43,784 nucleotides of DNA from an uncultured Desulfocurvus sp. (GTDB lineage Bacteria > Desulfobacterota > Desulfovibrionia > Desulfovibrionales > Desulfovibrionaceae), in assembly GCA_964645095.1 (NCBI GenBank), contig CAZXZF010000002.1:1-43784 (forward strand), given 5' to 3'. Each line of letters opens with the position of its first letter. The stretch's first letter is position 1. A program made the translations under genes and the position numbers. This document shows, piece after piece, positions 18,991-28,700 of the stretch. The notes beneath the pieces were generated by a model, which saw only the letters and a program-made list of their open reading frames with translations, did no database searches and was not told the origin of the DNA.

Positions 18991-19490
18991 TCCTTTGCCT
19001 CCCTTGTGAACACCCAGTGCGCACTCATGGCATAGTTCGATATGAGCACAAGGATTGTGGTGGCCACCTGTGAGATTATGTAGTGGATCTCGCAGAGGTC
19101 CACAAGGGTGAGCATGAAAAGAGCATTGAGGCCGAAGCCGATGCCAACCATGACCAGAAAGCGTGGCAAGGCGCGGCTATGTGTGGATGTGGTGCCGAAG
19201 GTGACGTGGTAATTTAGCATGTAACTTACTAGCGCTCCGCAAGCCGCGCCTAGGCTTGAGGCTGGCACTGGGGCCTGGCCCGCGGAGTTCACCAGTAGCA
19301 AAAGCACTGTGTAGTGAACGGCGGTGGCCGCACCGCCCACGAGTGCAAAGACGAGAAACTGGAGCAAGGACCGCAAGTGCCCAAGGGCTGTCGCCGCAGT
19401 GGGCTTTTGCATCCAGTTCCGTCTCATGGTCCCAAGGGTTCGTTCGCGGCGATATCCGGGGAACTGAGTTTCGTCGGTGTCTTCTTCCAC
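18987..19490 (-). CDS. GtrA family small flippase
   Basis: 'FALVGGAATAV', 'SYMLN..VTF', 'NY....WVF'; four TM. GAGGAG RBS 6 nt before the GTG. ATGA overlap with the gtrB-like gene. Confidence 0.88.
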   Translation of the reverse strand: MEEDTDETQFPGYRRERTLGTMRRNWMQKPTAATALGHLRSLLQFLVFALVGGAATAVHYTVLLLLVNSAGQAPVPASSLGAACGALVSYMLNYHVTFGTTSTHSRALPRFLVMVGIGFGLNALFMLTLVDLCEIHYIISQVATTILVLISNYAMSAHWVFTREAKE

Positions 19491-19684
19491 GGTGTTCTCC
19501 TCAATCGATGAGCGTTACGCCATGCAGGTTGCATTCTCGCGAAGCATGGGCGCGGGGCCCCTGACAAGATACCCCGTCGCCTTCCATGCATCGCCGGGGA
19601 AGCTTTCTGGGGATGCCCATGGGCAAGGCGCGGCCCTTTCCCCGTGACCGCCAACGTGTGACCTGCCAGCAAACGCTATGCTGC

Positions 19685-20947
19685 TTACGCCCCAGGCACG
19701 TCCCTGCCTTTTGCCGCTGTTCCGGTGATCAGGCCGATGAGCCCGGCCGCGCAAGCCTCTGGCGCGAACATTTCCAAAGCCTTCACGCAGCCTTTGGCGG
19801 CCATGTCCAGAGCCTCCTGGCGATTGTCGACCAGCCACTGGATGGCGTCGGCCAGGGCGATGGGGTCGCGCTCAGGCGCCAGCAGGCCGGTTTCGCCGTG
19901 AAGAATGAGGTCCGGGATGCTGGCGACGCGCGTGGCCACCACCGGTAGGCGGTGCAGCAGGGCCTCGACGATGACCGTGGGCAGGCCATCGCCCTTGCCA
20001 CCAGGTAAGTGCACGCTCGGCATCACCAGCATGTCTGAGGCGCGGAGCAGGGCCGAGATCCGGTCATGGGGTACAAAGCCGGGGAAACTGATGAAATTCG
20101 TGAGGCCAAGGCGCTTCGTCGCCGCCTTCAGATGACCGCGCCAAGGGCCGTCTCCGGCCAGGGTAAGTCGGGCATCGATTCCCCGGTTTCGCAGTAGGCC
20201 CAGAGCTGTAATAAGGTGCTGGAAGCCTTTCGTCTCGATAAAGCGCCCTATGGCTACGAGTCGAAGCGGCTTTGTAGTGTCGTTCCCCCTGGCTTTAGAA
20301 ATCCCGACGACCTCCGGCGAGATGGGCGCCAGGGTGTGTGCATTATAGACGAGTTGCACCTTGTTAGGGGCCTCGGGGATAAATCGGCGCAGGTGCGGCA
20401 GGTTGTAGGCCGAATCTACGCGGGCAAAGGCGGCATCGCGCAACTTGCGGACCAACATGCCGTCAGACGGATGCACATCGCCCGCACGGGCAGAGAAACT
20501 GAAGGGGATGCCGAGAAGCATTGAGGCGCACCACGACGCCGTGGCCGAGCCGTTGGCCCAGGCCGCATGGATGTGCTCAACGCCCAACTGCCGGAAGCGC
20601 CGTGCTAGGCTCAGGCCGCAGATTACGGCCAGCAAGTTCTCGCCGTATTTCTCCAGGCCCCCGCCAGGGGAGCAGAGCACCCGGCCCACAAGGGCGAGGG
20701 TTCTTAACGGACGGCTGAGCAGGGCGGCTAGGAAGTCGCGCCCGATGCGCGGCAGCGCGGCCAGCCCCAGGCGTTCCACGGAGATGCCTTCGGGGAGCAT
20801 GGCTGGTGTATTCCAGAGCGGACCGTACAGGCAGTGTACGGACAGTGGAAGCCCGGCCGTGTGCAGCGCCTTGACCTCGCTGACCACGAAGGTCTCCGAG
20901 CCCTTTGGGAACCAAAGGGTGACATAGGCTGTGCACGGCAGGCTCAT
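19685..20947 (-). CDS. GT4 glycosyltransferase (WcaL-like)
   Basis: 'FPKGSETFV..EV', 'HIHAAW', 'IGRFIETKG', 'DGLPTVIVEAL'. Confidence 0.88.
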   Translation of the reverse strand: MSLPCTAYVTLWFPKGSETFVVSEVKALHTAGLPLSVHCLYGPLWNTPAMLPEGISVERLGLAALPRIGRDFLAALLSRPLRTLALVGRVLCSPGGGLEKYGENLLAVICGLSLARRFRQLGVEHIHAAWANGSATASWCASMLLGIPFSFSARAGDVHPSDGMLVRKLRDAAFARVDSAYNLPHLRRFIPEAPNKVQLVYNAHTLAPISPEVVGISKARGNDTTKPLRLVAIGRFIETKGFQHLITALGLLRNRGIDARLTLAGDGPWRGHLKAATKRLGLTNFISFPGFVPHDRISALLRASDMLVMPSVHLPGGKGDGLPTVIVEALLHRLPVVATRVASIPDLILHGETGLLAPERDPIALADAIQWLVDNRQEALDMAAKGCVKALEMFAPEACAAGLIGLITGTAAKGRDVPGA

Positions 20948-21909
20948 GTCCTGGCCTCCGCGTGGGGGAAAAGCCTAGCCAAGGTGGCGCCGCGCACCAG
21001 CGTCTGGGTGCGCAGCCAGAGGATGAAGGCGTGGATGCGCGCCACCAGACGCTCCACAGATGCATCATCCGGCAGGTGCGGGCAGGCTCCTGGTTGAAGC
21101 TCCGAGGAGTGCAGAAAAAGATGAATGACCTCCCCCCCGCGCGCCAGGTGCAGGCGCACGCCCAGCTTCATGGCGGGCAGGGTATACCACGCTGGCTGTG
21201 GGCCGACGACGGCGACGCGCTGGAAGTTGCGCAGAAGTTCCTTGCGCGCCCCTGGCCCGAGCCCGCTAGCGAGCCGCCAAGCGCAGGCGGGCAGGCCTGG
21301 TAAAAGCGCGGCCATGGTCAGCGGGACTTCAAGCAGCTGCGTGAGGCCTGCCTCGTCCTGGAGCAGGACGTAGGGGTCTGTGTGCGACAGGAAGGCCTCC
21401 GGCAGGACAGGGCACCAGCGCATGGGCACGAGGCTGGAATCAACGCGCAGGTCGTGTCCGGGCAGCAGGGCGCGCACTTTGGGTCCCAGGTCGAAGCGGC
21501 CCATGCGGAAGGACGCGGGCGCGCAGCCTGTGACGTCTTGGCAGGCGCGCACCAAGGTGTCCAGCTTGGCGTCCAGAACCTCGCCGGGCATGTCTTCCGA
21601 GGGGGTCCAGGCCTTGTTACCCAGTTGTCTCAGGGGCGGGGTGTTCCATGGGTGCAGGTGCAGGCCGACTTCTGCGCCCAACTCATCCTGCCAGCGGCGC
21701 AGCATATCTGCGCAAACGGGGTCGCTCAAGACCGGCCAAGTGCAGAGCAGGGTCAGGGGCAGGCCGAAATCGCGGGTGAGAAATTCCAGGCGCGAGAGGG
21801 CGGCAACGTTGGAAACTCCTTGGGCTATGGCGGAGTAACTGCCGGAGAATAGGCCCTCCTCCTCCACATCCACGCTGAATACCAGCGAGATCTCGCGTTT
21901 GGCGTTCAA
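20944..21909 (-). CDS. Polysaccharide deacetylase family protein (NodB-fold, WalW-like)
   Basis: 'SVDVEEE', 'EVGLHLHPW', 'SFRMGR', 'VDSS', 'LEVP', 'LHSSEL.PG'. Confidence 0.8.
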   Translation of the reverse strand: MNAKREISLVFSVDVEEEGLFSGSYSAIAQGVSNVAALSRLEFLTRDFGLPLTLLCTWPVLSDPVCADMLRRWQDELGAEVGLHLHPWNTPPLRQLGNKAWTPSEDMPGEVLDAKLDTLVRACQDVTGCAPASFRMGRFDLGPKVRALLPGHDLRVDSSLVPMRWCPVLPEAFLSHTDPYVLLQDEAGLTQLLEVPLTMAALLPGLPACAWRLASGLGPGARKELLRNFQRVAVVGPQPAWYTLPAMKLGVRLHLARGGEVIHLFLHSSELQPGACPHLPDDASVERLVARIHAFILWLRTQTLVRGATLARLFPHAEART

Positions 21910-23021
21910 GGGTGACTCCCTCGCGGCCTGTTGCGACGGGCCCAGGCAATGAGAAACTCGCGTTCCGTGGCCCGCGCCATGACTTCTGGCGAGTGCTGGT
22001 CAACAGTCTTTTTCCGGCCGCCAGTTCCAAGAGTAGTGCAAAGTACGCGATCCTCAAGCAGCCGCACCAGGGCGCTAGCAAACTCCGCTAGGTTCTCAGG
22101 CTCCACTAGGAGGCCTGTGCGCTCATGCTCAACCAGTTCCGGAATGCCGCCGGTGCGTGCCGCCACGACAGGCAGACCCGAGGCCATGGCCTCCAGAATG
22201 GCGTTGGGCGAGCCCTCGTGGTGCGAGGACAAGACGAAGACCTGGGCTTGAGCGAGATGCGGGCGCACCTCGCCGCAGCCGGAAACTATTTCAACCGCGC
22301 TCCGGATGCCTAACTCATCCATGCGCGTCTGGACCTGGGACATAAGCGGTCCCTCGCCCACCAGCGTCAACCGTGCCGCTGGGATCTGCTGGCGCACCAG
22401 GGCGAAGGCTTCCATGAGCACCAGCGGCGACTTGTCCGGCACCAGCCGGGCCACGCTGACAATACGGGGCTGACCGTGCATCTGGGTGTCCTGGGCCGTG
22501 AAGTGCTTTGTGTCCACGCAGTTGGGCACCATGGCCACGCGGTCTTCAGGTGCCCAGTGGTGGGTGATGGCCCGCTGGCGCAGGACCTCCGCATTGCAGA
22601 TGAGCCGGTCCGACAGCCGCCAGAGCAGGCGCTCCCACTGGCCGGGCTTGAACGCGCGGAAGCCCGTGACGATGGCGGGGATTCCCGCCATCCGCCCAAA
22701 AAGCCGACCCCAGATGTTGGGCACCACGGTAAGGGTGTACAGGATGTCCGGCTTGCTGCGGGCAATCTGGCACGCCAAGGGTGGCAGGGCCAGAGGGCTT
22801 CCGGGCGGGTGGCGACTCAAGCGCACCAGGCGCGCGCCCGTGGCCAGGGCCTCGGCTTCCAGATCCGAGCCGGAATTGAGCACCCAGAGTTCGGGCGTGA
22901 ACAGCTGGCGGTTCAGCCCGCGCATGAGATGCAGCGCGTAGCGCTGGGTGCCGCCGAACTCCAGATCCTGTAGCAGCACGGCCAGCTTGAGGGGCTTGTT
23001 CGGTGCAGTTGTGCGGGGCAT
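21906..23021 (-). CDS. GT4 glycosyltransferase
   Basis: 'LEFGGTQR', 'VARLVPDK', 'SSHHEGSPNAILEAMASGLPVV'. The ATG at 23021 shares one base with the upstream TGA. Confidence 0.92.
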   Translation of the reverse strand: MPRTTAPNKPLKLAVLLQDLEFGGTQRYALHLMRGLNRQLFTPELWVLNSGSDLEAEALATGARLVRLSRHPPGSPLALPPLACQIARSKPDILYTLTVVPNIWGRLFGRMAGIPAIVTGFRAFKPGQWERLLWRLSDRLICNAEVLRQRAITHHWAPEDRVAMVPNCVDTKHFTAQDTQMHGQPRIVSVARLVPDKSPLVLMEAFALVRQQIPAARLTLVGEGPLMSQVQTRMDELGIRSAVEIVSGCGEVRPHLAQAQVFVLSSHHEGSPNAILEAMASGLPVVAARTGGIPELVEHERTGLLVEPENLAEFASALVRLLEDRVLCTTLGTGGRKKTVDQHSPEVMARATEREFLIAWARRNRPRGSHP

Positions 23022-24022
23022 CAGGGCTGACCTCCCAGCAAGCCCATAGCCTGGCACCAGCCGATGGCGTCGCGAGCTCCCATCGGAATGTCCATCCTTG
23101 GGGCATAGCCGAATTCACGTCGGGCTTTGGTATCGTCCAGAAGCCAGCCCTCCTGACGTGCCTCGCGATGCTTGTCTGGCGTGAGGTGCGAGGTGGGAAG
23201 TCCGAGGACGTTCAAGAGCGTATTGGCCCAGGCGGCAAGGCCCAAAAGCGGTAAGGCCACGCGCAGGGGCCGCACTGGGCGTCTCAGGGCCGCGCTAAAG
23301 GCTTCGGCATAGTCCGACCAGCAGGAAGGCTTCGGCCCGGCGAGGTGGTAAACGCCGCCTGTAGCGCGATCATCGACCAGTGCGTCAAGCACCAATTCCA
23401 TGCCTGCCACGAGATCGTCAACGTGGATGATGCTGAAGGGCTGAATTGCCGGGCCGGGGATGCTGAGCCACCCGAGGTTCATGAGCCGGTACAGGGGCAG
23501 GAAGGCTAGGTCGCCGGGGCCGTAGACCATGGGCGGCCGGATGACGGCTACGCGCCTGCCGTCAGCGGCAAGAGAAAGGGCCGCGCGTTCTCCTAGGAGC
23601 TTGGACAGGCCGTATTGTGACACTGGGGCCGGGCGGTCTGCTTCGCAAAGGCCGGGCGGCGTTTCACAGGGGCCTGCCGCAGCCTGGCTGGACACGTGCA
23701 GGAAGACTTGACGCTGCTGGCCGAATTGGCGGGTGGCCTCGACAAGGCCTTTCGTCAGGTTTTCGTTGACCAACCGGAAGCCGCGCGCGCTGAAGGCTTT
23801 GGTTGTCCCTGCTAGGTGGCACACGGCGTCCGCATTGCGCAGGACGCTGGCCAGAAATGTCACGTCGTCCAGGCATCCTGTCAGGCGTTTGACGTGCGCA
23901 TCCAGGCGCGAGTCGTCGGAACCGGGCCGCACCAGGGCCGAAACCGCATGACCCGCCGCTACCAGCCGGTTGGCCAGGGCGTTGCCGATGAATCCGGTGG
24001 CTCCGGTGAGAAAGACGTTCAT
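23021..24022 (-). CDS. NAD(P)-dependent epimerase/dehydratase-type SDR, ceramide reductase (CerR)-like
   Basis: 'TGATGFIG', 'HLAG.TKA....F..VN', 'HVSSQAA', YxxxK in 'YGLSK', 'IRPPMVYGPGD'. Directly follows the bCerS-like gene. SDR call is firm; CerR call is contextual. Confidence 0.75.
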   Translation of the reverse strand: MNVFLTGATGFIGNALANRLVAAGHAVSALVRPGSDDSRLDAHVKRLTGCLDDVTFLASVLRNADAVCHLAGTTKAFSARGFRLVNENLTKGLVEATRQFGQQRQVFLHVSSQAAAGPCETPPGLCEADRPAPVSQYGLSKLLGERAALSLAADGRRVAVIRPPMVYGPGDLAFLPLYRLMNLGWLSIPGPAIQPFSIIHVDDLVAGMELVLDALVDDRATGGVYHLAGPKPSCWSDYAEAFSAALRRPVRPLRVALPLLGLAAWANTLLNVLGLPTSHLTPDKHREARQEGWLLDDTKARREFGYAPRMDIPMGARDAIGWCQAMGLLGGQP

Positions 24023-24069
24023 GTCCACTTCCAGTAGGCTCAAAAGTCCGACGATTGAGATCCTTGTGC

Positions 24070-25188
24070 CTAGAAATCTTTGCGGTAGACTCGGTAGCGC
24101 TTGTATATTCTGCCCCCGAGGTCCAGCAGCAGGTCGTTCACTGCGGTATTGTCCTCCAGAGTCCAGCTCATCTCCAGGGTATTGTACTGCTGCTTGCGCT
24201 CGGTCAGGCCGAGCACATACTCCAGGGCCACCAGCGGCACGCCCATCTGTTGATACTGTGGCTTGATGCCGAACAGCAAGCCCCGCAGCCCTTGTATCTC
24301 CGACTTGTACCGCAGGTACTTGAATACCCCGGTGAAGCCGATGCTGCCGTTGAGACGTTTGAGCAAGGGGTTAACGTCCGGCAGGATGAGGCCCACTCCC
24401 GCAGGGTCGTCGCCCACGTAAAGGAAGAAAGCCAGTTCCTCGTCAAGGATGGGAGAGAGCGCCTCGGCCGTGGCGACGATCTCCGCGTGGCTCATGGGCA
24501 CGAAGCCCCAGTTGCGCGCCCAGGCTGAGCGATACAAGCTGCTCATGAGCTCCACCTCGGACAAGAGCGTCTTCTTGTCCATGTGCCGGATGTGCACCTC
24601 GCCCTTGTCCACAAGGCGGTGTGACACGTCGAGCATCCACTGGGGCAACTTGTGCCCTCGCACGAACTGGAAGGCCAGCACGTCCTTTTCCTTTGTCTGG
24701 CCCGAGGCTTCGATGAGCTGCGCGTACCAAGGCGGATTGTAGGTCATCATGACGCAGGGTGGACTGTTGAAGCCTTCCACAAGCAGGCCAATTTCGTAAT
24801 TGGTGGATGGGTTCAGGGGGCCGCGAAAGTGCGTCAGGCCCTTCTGCATGCACCAGTCCTGGGCTGCGTCGAACAGGGCGCGGGCGGCTTCGGGGTCGTT
24901 CTTGCATTCAAAGAAACCCCATGCTCCAGCAAGTTCCTTGTGGTACTCGATGTGAGCCATGTCCATGAGGGCCGCGATGCGGCCCACAAGCTGGCCATTG
25001 CGTTCTGCCAGGAAGAGTTGGCCTTCGGCCTTGAGCCAGAAGGGGTGTTGCGGCGAGAGTAGCTTTTTGATCTCGCTCTTGAGCGGCGGCACCCAGTTGG
25101 GGTCCTGGTTCTGTATGTGCCAGGACAGGTCGATGAAGGCTTTAAGGTCCGTAGCGCTGGCCACGGGCCGGATAACCAAATTAGCCAT
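24070..25188 (-). CDS. Tandem-GNAT N-acyltransferase, bacterial ceramide synthase (bCerS/YghO)-like
   Basis: 'DPNWVPPL', 'GRIAA', 'GFFEC', 'RGPLNPSTN.E.GLLVEGF..PP..MMTYNPPWY', 'AW..NWGFVP', 'SWTLEDN'. AAGGAG RBS before the ATG at 25188. Confidence 0.8.
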   Translation of the reverse strand: MANLVIRPVASATDLKAFIDLSWHIQNQDPNWVPPLKSEIKKLLSPQHPFWLKAEGQLFLAERNGQLVGRIAALMDMAHIEYHKELAGAWGFFECKNDPEAARALFDAAQDWCMQKGLTHFRGPLNPSTNYEIGLLVEGFNSPPCVMMTYNPPWYAQLIEASGQTKEKDVLAFQFVRGHKLPQWMLDVSHRLVDKGEVHIRHMDKKTLLSEVELMSSLYRSAWARNWGFVPMSHAEIVATAEALSPILDEELAFFLYVGDDPAGVGLILPDVNPLLKRLNGSIGFTGVFKYLRYKSEIQGLRGLLFGIKPQYQQMGVPLVALEYVLGLTERKQQYNTLEMSWTLEDNTAVNDLLLDLGGRIYKRYRVYRKDF

Positions 25189-25795
25189 GGTGGCTCCTTG
25201 CTTGGTGAATGCGCGTAGCCACGGCCACACGCATTCCGTTGGCACAACCCGCCAGGGCGTTCAAGCTGCCCTGCGGCGAGGTGATCTGACAGGCTAGAAA
25301 ATGTTTGTCCGCCTGGCGAAGGTTTTCCACCTCAAGCTCCAAGGGTTCCACCCTGTGGAAGCCTGTGCCCAGGGCCTTGGCCGCAGCTTCCTTGAGGCTC
25401 CAGAGCAGGGCGCGGGCCTCAAAGATGGATGATGAATACTGTTGGCCTGCGTCAAGCTCTCCTGGCGCATACACACGCCGTTCGGGATAAGGGTCGGCAA
25501 AGTCTTCAGGCCCTGTGACGTCGATGCCTAGTTCCGGTGTCAGGGATGCTGCGGTCCAGAGCCAGCCCGCATATCGTGAGAAAGAGAGCCCCACCTGGAG
25601 CGGCTGGCCAGAAGACGCGAAAGCCAGGGGCCGACCGAGGCCGTTGTGCCCAAGGCGGAAGTATTGCTGCCCTGAGAAGAGTTTGGCCAGCAGGCGTGCT
25701 GCCAGGGTCTGCTGAAGGCCGGGGCACTCCACTGCCCCGGCCAGAAGCACCGGGGCAGTGCCGCAGTGCCAGAGCAATTCAACGCTGGCCTTCAT
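25181..25795 (-). CDS. 4'-phosphopantetheinyl transferase
   Basis: 'GRP', 'LGIDV', 'WSLKEAAAKALGTG'. Overlaps both the PKS stop and the bCerS-like start. Confidence 0.9.
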   Translation of the reverse strand: MKASVELLWHCGTAPVLLAGAVECPGLQQTLAARLLAKLFSGQQYFRLGHNGLGRPLAFASSGQPLQVGLSFSRYAGWLWTAASLTPELGIDVTGPEDFADPYPERRVYAPGELDAGQQYSSSIFEARALLWSLKEAAAKALGTGFHRVEPLELEVENLRQADKHFLACQITSPQGSLNALAGCANGMRVAVATRIHQARSHHG

Positions 25796-28700
25796 GAGGC
25801 CCCGTGCCCTCCGGTTGGGGGGTCAGGGCACGCATGATGAGCCCCTCGACCTGCATCAGCGGCTGTGCCTTGGCGTCAAAGGCGCAGGCGTCCCAAACCT
25901 GCATGGAGGACGTGACCTCGCGCAGGCGGGCCTCAAGGGTGAGGACTTCGGCATCCTGGCACAGGCGGGCGAAACGCATGCTACCGATGCCCACAGGCAA
26001 AAGGCCCAGGGCCTTGTCCCCAGGGCGCAGCAGGCCGTGGAACAGCACTAGCTGCATGAGCGCCTCCAGCAGATACGGGGAGGTGCTCAGGGGCGCGGAG
26101 GTCCCGGCGATGTCATGAGATAGGCGGTAGAGCATGGTGCCTCTGATGCTGTCTGCGGAGGTGCCTGCCACCTCTTGGATAACCCGGTAGCGACCGGTCT
26201 GGGCCGTGAGGTTCTCATATTGGCGCAAGAGAACATCCGGGCCAGCGGACGTGGCATGGTCCAGAGACGTTTCGGCGCCGAAGTCCGGCAACGGCACAAA
26301 GTGTGTGTTCGCTGTGCCCAAAACCACGCGGCCCGCAAAGTTGGCGGTGAAGCGGCCCAGAGAGCGGCCCTTGGGCGACACATCCTCGCTTTCAAGCAGC
26401 GCGTCCACAAGCACCAGCCCGGCCTCGTTTCCGGCGCAGGTTACGGTGATCATGAGGTTTCGGCTTTGGCCCGCCGGGCAGGGCAGCATGTCGAGGAAGC
26501 GCATGTCGCGTACGCCCAGAGGCGTAAGGTACGGATACAGTGCCAGGGCGGCCTCGCAGATGGTCTCAACCACCATGACGGCGGAGAAGAGCGGCGCACG
26601 CAAGGCCTGATAGGGCCGGTGCTCTGGCAGCCACAGGTCGCGCTCATGGGAGATGCGCCGAATACAGACGGCCTTTTGCGGTGTGAGTTCGGCCAAGAGC
26701 GCCGTGTCGAGCATGGGGAGGCTGCCCACGGGCAGGACCAAGCCGGCTTCGGCATCGCTCTTCGGCAGACGCAGGGGCTCCACCGTAGTGGTCTGGGGCA
26801 TGTGTCGGGCGATGAGCACCGAGGGGCCGCTGGCCTCTGGGGCGGCGATCTCGCGGGCTGCGATGGGCGCAAGTTCGTCGATATGTACGTAGGCTTGGCC
26901 CAAGTCTTTTAGTTCCATCATCTCGCGGATGTCTTGGTTGTCCGCCATGCCGACTCCGGCCACGGGCGGTAGCCAGAGCACCTTGGGCGTGAAGGCTGCG
27001 CTCTCCAGGCCCGCAAGCAGGGAGGCCATGGCGCGGTTGGCGCAGCAGTAGTTGCCCTGGCCCACGTTGCCTTGCCAGGCGGCAACGGAGGAGAAGGCCA
27101 CGCCCAGGCGTAGGCCGTGCGGCGAGGCCGCGTTCACGAGGTTGCGCAGACCGCCTAGCTTCACCCGGCAAACGACCTGGAAGTCATCCTCCGTCATCAT
27201 GGACAGGAATTTGTCGCGGAGCAGGCCGGCTCCGTGGATGATGCCGTCGATGTGTCCCATCCTGGCGGCGACATCCGTCGCAACCTTGTCGACAGCGGCC
27301 TGGTCGGCCACGTCGCAGGGCAGGTACTCGGCGCTGGCGCCCAGTTCCGTGAGGCGCGCCACTGCCCCGGCCTCGGTCTCTCCAGACGGGCTGCGGCCAA
27401 GAAGGACCAGATGGACGCCTAGAGGGGCTAAGGTCTCCAGAACGTGGTATGTCACGCCCTTGGCCCCGGCGGAAACAAGCACCACGTCGCCACGGCCAAG
27501 TGCCGCGCCCTTGGCGCAGGCCTCGGCCAGTGGTACAGGGACGTACAGCGGGGTGCTCATGAGGGAAGCCCGGACCATGCGTTCCACAGGGCCGGGCACT
27601 GTCAGGGTCTGGATCACGGCTCGGGGCAGGTCAACGTCCTCGGCCACGCGCAGGGCGCGCCAAGCCAGGGATCCGTATTCCTGGGCTAGGGTGAGCAACA
27701 TACCGAGCACGCCCTCGAAAACAACGCGCTCGGGTGCACCGTGCGGGGCATCACGCAGCACCAGGACACAGGCCTTGCGGGCCGGGCTGGCGAGGAATTC
27801 CTTGAGGCGGCGGAAGCAGTGGAGCAGCAGTTCGTCAATTGCATCCGGGGCCACTGTCCCATGCTCCAAGGCCAGCACTAGGCAGGCTGTCCGGTCCCCG
27901 CTGACCGGAGCCTGGTCCAGGCCGCCCGTATTGGGGGTGAGACCGTGGGTCGAGGACAGGACCTGGGCAATTGCCTCAAGTGTGGCACTGTCCTCAGTGC
28001 CCAGCACCCAGGCCGGCTTGCCGGAAAGATCTCCGAGGTTCACGGGCTGACCTGTGGCAAGGGGCGTTTCAACGGCCTCGTAGCGGGCCACAGGCAGTAG
28101 GCTCGCGCGCGTGACCTGAGCCTGGACAGGTACCGCATGCTTGACTGCGGAAGCGGTCACGATTTTTGCGATCTGGGCCTCGCCAGCTGACAGCAGGGTC
28201 TCGATGTGGTCGGCCATCTGACGCACAGAGTGCACGCCGATGAAGTCCTCGATGCGGAAAGACAGTCCGAAGGCGCGCTCAGCCATGTCCATGATCACCG
28301 GTAGGCGGCTGGAGCGGATGGCCAGATCCTGGCGCATGTCCATGTCCGGTTCGATCTCGCTGCGCTCGTACCCTGTGGCGTCCATGATGATGCGGATGGT
28401 GCGCTCCAGCACGTTCTGGTCCGCTGTGGGATCCTGCTGCATGGGCTGGGTCTTGTGGTCGGCGAGAGCTGTGGCGGGAGTGGCGTCCGCCGCGTTATGT
28501 CGGCCGAGGTCCAGAAAGGCCGGGGGCACGGGCGGGGTCAGGTCGCCCCAGGCAAACAGATTAGCCAGGGCGGAGCCGAATGTCTGGGTTTCCTCCTCGC
28601 GCGAGGCCGTGCGAACGGTCTGTGCCTCGCCCTCGATGTTGCGCACCAAGTTGCAGAGCACGGCGTCCGGGCCGACCTCGACGAAGCGGCGGATGCACAG

